From: Schmidtea nova
Lineage: Eukaryota
Direction of reading: 5' to 3'
Assembly: GCA_044892505.1 (NCBI GenBank)
Contig: CM097882.1
Span: 425,816,001-425,880,000, forward strand
DNA: 64,000 nucleotides
Shown here: piece by piece, positions 62,881 to 64,000 of the stretch
Layout: every line of letters starts with the position of its first letter
How positions within the stretch are numbered: the stretch's first letter is position 1
Position numbers and translations under genes: made by a program
Notes under the pieces: model-generated
Database searches by the model: none
The model's input: the letters and a program-made list of their open reading frames with translations, nothing else
What the model was told of the DNA's origin: nothing

Positions 62881-62931
62881 AACGTTTTGTTGAGTTATCT
62901 ATAGATTCTATAGATAACTCAACAAAACGTT
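62881..62931. repeat. Perfect 51-bp palindrome (25-bp arms, 1-nt loop)
   Basis: AACGTTTTGTTGAGTTATCTATAGA-T-TCTATAGATAACTCAACAAAACGTT. Confidence 0.95.
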
Positions 62932-64000
62932 TCGCATTGGATATGTATTTATAAACCAGATAATTATTTTGATCCTGCTGGAATTTTTTCAATTAAGAAA
63001 GTTTGTTATCTTAGGGATTTTAAATATAATACAATTCAACTGCGACTTGTTAATACAATAATGTGCGGACAATTGTGTCATTTTTATTGCAAACTTTCAA
63101 AAGGATATAACTTCAAAGATATTGTATTAATAATGAAAGATTTCTTTGCATTATAATAGTTAGGCGGATTATTTATAATTCGTTTTGTTTAAAAGATGTG
63201 AAAATTTATAGATTATTTTTTATGTTTGAATTTTTTTATAGTAGTCGCATATACGAATTTTGGGGTTACTTGGAAAAAACGTCCATTTTTGGTCGATTGA
63301 GTGATAAAAGTGAGATGAGTAGATTTTAGTGGGGTCAAGAGAGCTGTAGGCTCCCGAGGCAATACTAAAAACGTGCAAAAATCAAATAAATTGAATGAAG
63401 GCAATACACTTATTTTCAAAGTGGTCCAAATTTGTATTTTGCTACTCCCGTGGGCTTTCAAACGAGAAAAATGGAAATCAATGTCTTTTAGCAAAAAACT
63501 GAGTTTGAATATGATTTTTGGCGTCTAATTTATACTAATTTTTAGTTTCACGCCTACACATTTTGTTCAACATGTGAATTAAATGTATAAATTTATAATT
63601 TAATTTGAGTGCTTATTTTAATAAATGAATTATTTATTTTTTTTCAATAAAACTAGTAATAGATTATAAATCATAAATTATCCTTTTATTTTAATTATAA
63701 TTTTATCTTCGATCATAGTTTTTCGTATTTAATGTAATGATCTTTTTCATTCAATTCTCATGCGGTCCTTCGTATATAAATTCGACCTGTAATCAAATTG
63801 TGTGCCCACTTTTGAGCTGCCTTTTTTATCATTTTATCCCTACTTCGACCGACTTATGTAATGCGGTTCGTGTACTTACTATTTTATGATTTTATTCTAT
63901 TTCTTTTTTATGCTATTTTGCTACTGTGTGCTAACATGTGTTATCGACTGTTTTGAAATTACCTCTTTTTTATGTAAATATATTTATCGATGTATTAAAA

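Overview
Very AT-rich animal genomic DNA, not prokaryotic. It looks planarian-like from its composition, ~50-bp minimal introns and transposon families, but the taxon is only an inference. There are three N-gaps. One host gene is well supported: a minus-strand tau-tubulin kinase (TTBK) with four phase-0 exons (34888-34595, 34538-34128, 21894-21619, 11651-10230; ~800 aa), two ~10-12 kb introns and one 56-bp intron. Most other recognisable sequence is nested mobile DNA: mariner, Tc1, pogo/Tigger, Merlin, MULE, Chapaev3-like, hATm-like, several hAT MITEs, tiny piggyBac-like MITEs, Gypsy pieces with LTRs, a Polinton/adintovirus minor-capsid relic, and one apparently intact 3.27-kb hAT with a 659-aa transposase. 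The most unusual signal is a protein I do not recognise, encoded just upstream of related 3' LTRs in two diverged elements (~5.7-6.1 kb plus; ~47.2-47.7 kb minus). The two copies align without gaps over 100 codons at ~29% identity, and both carry TGA and TAG at exactly the same two positions. No rRNA, tRNA or CRISPR array was seen. All family assignments are motif recognition from memory, not database searches.
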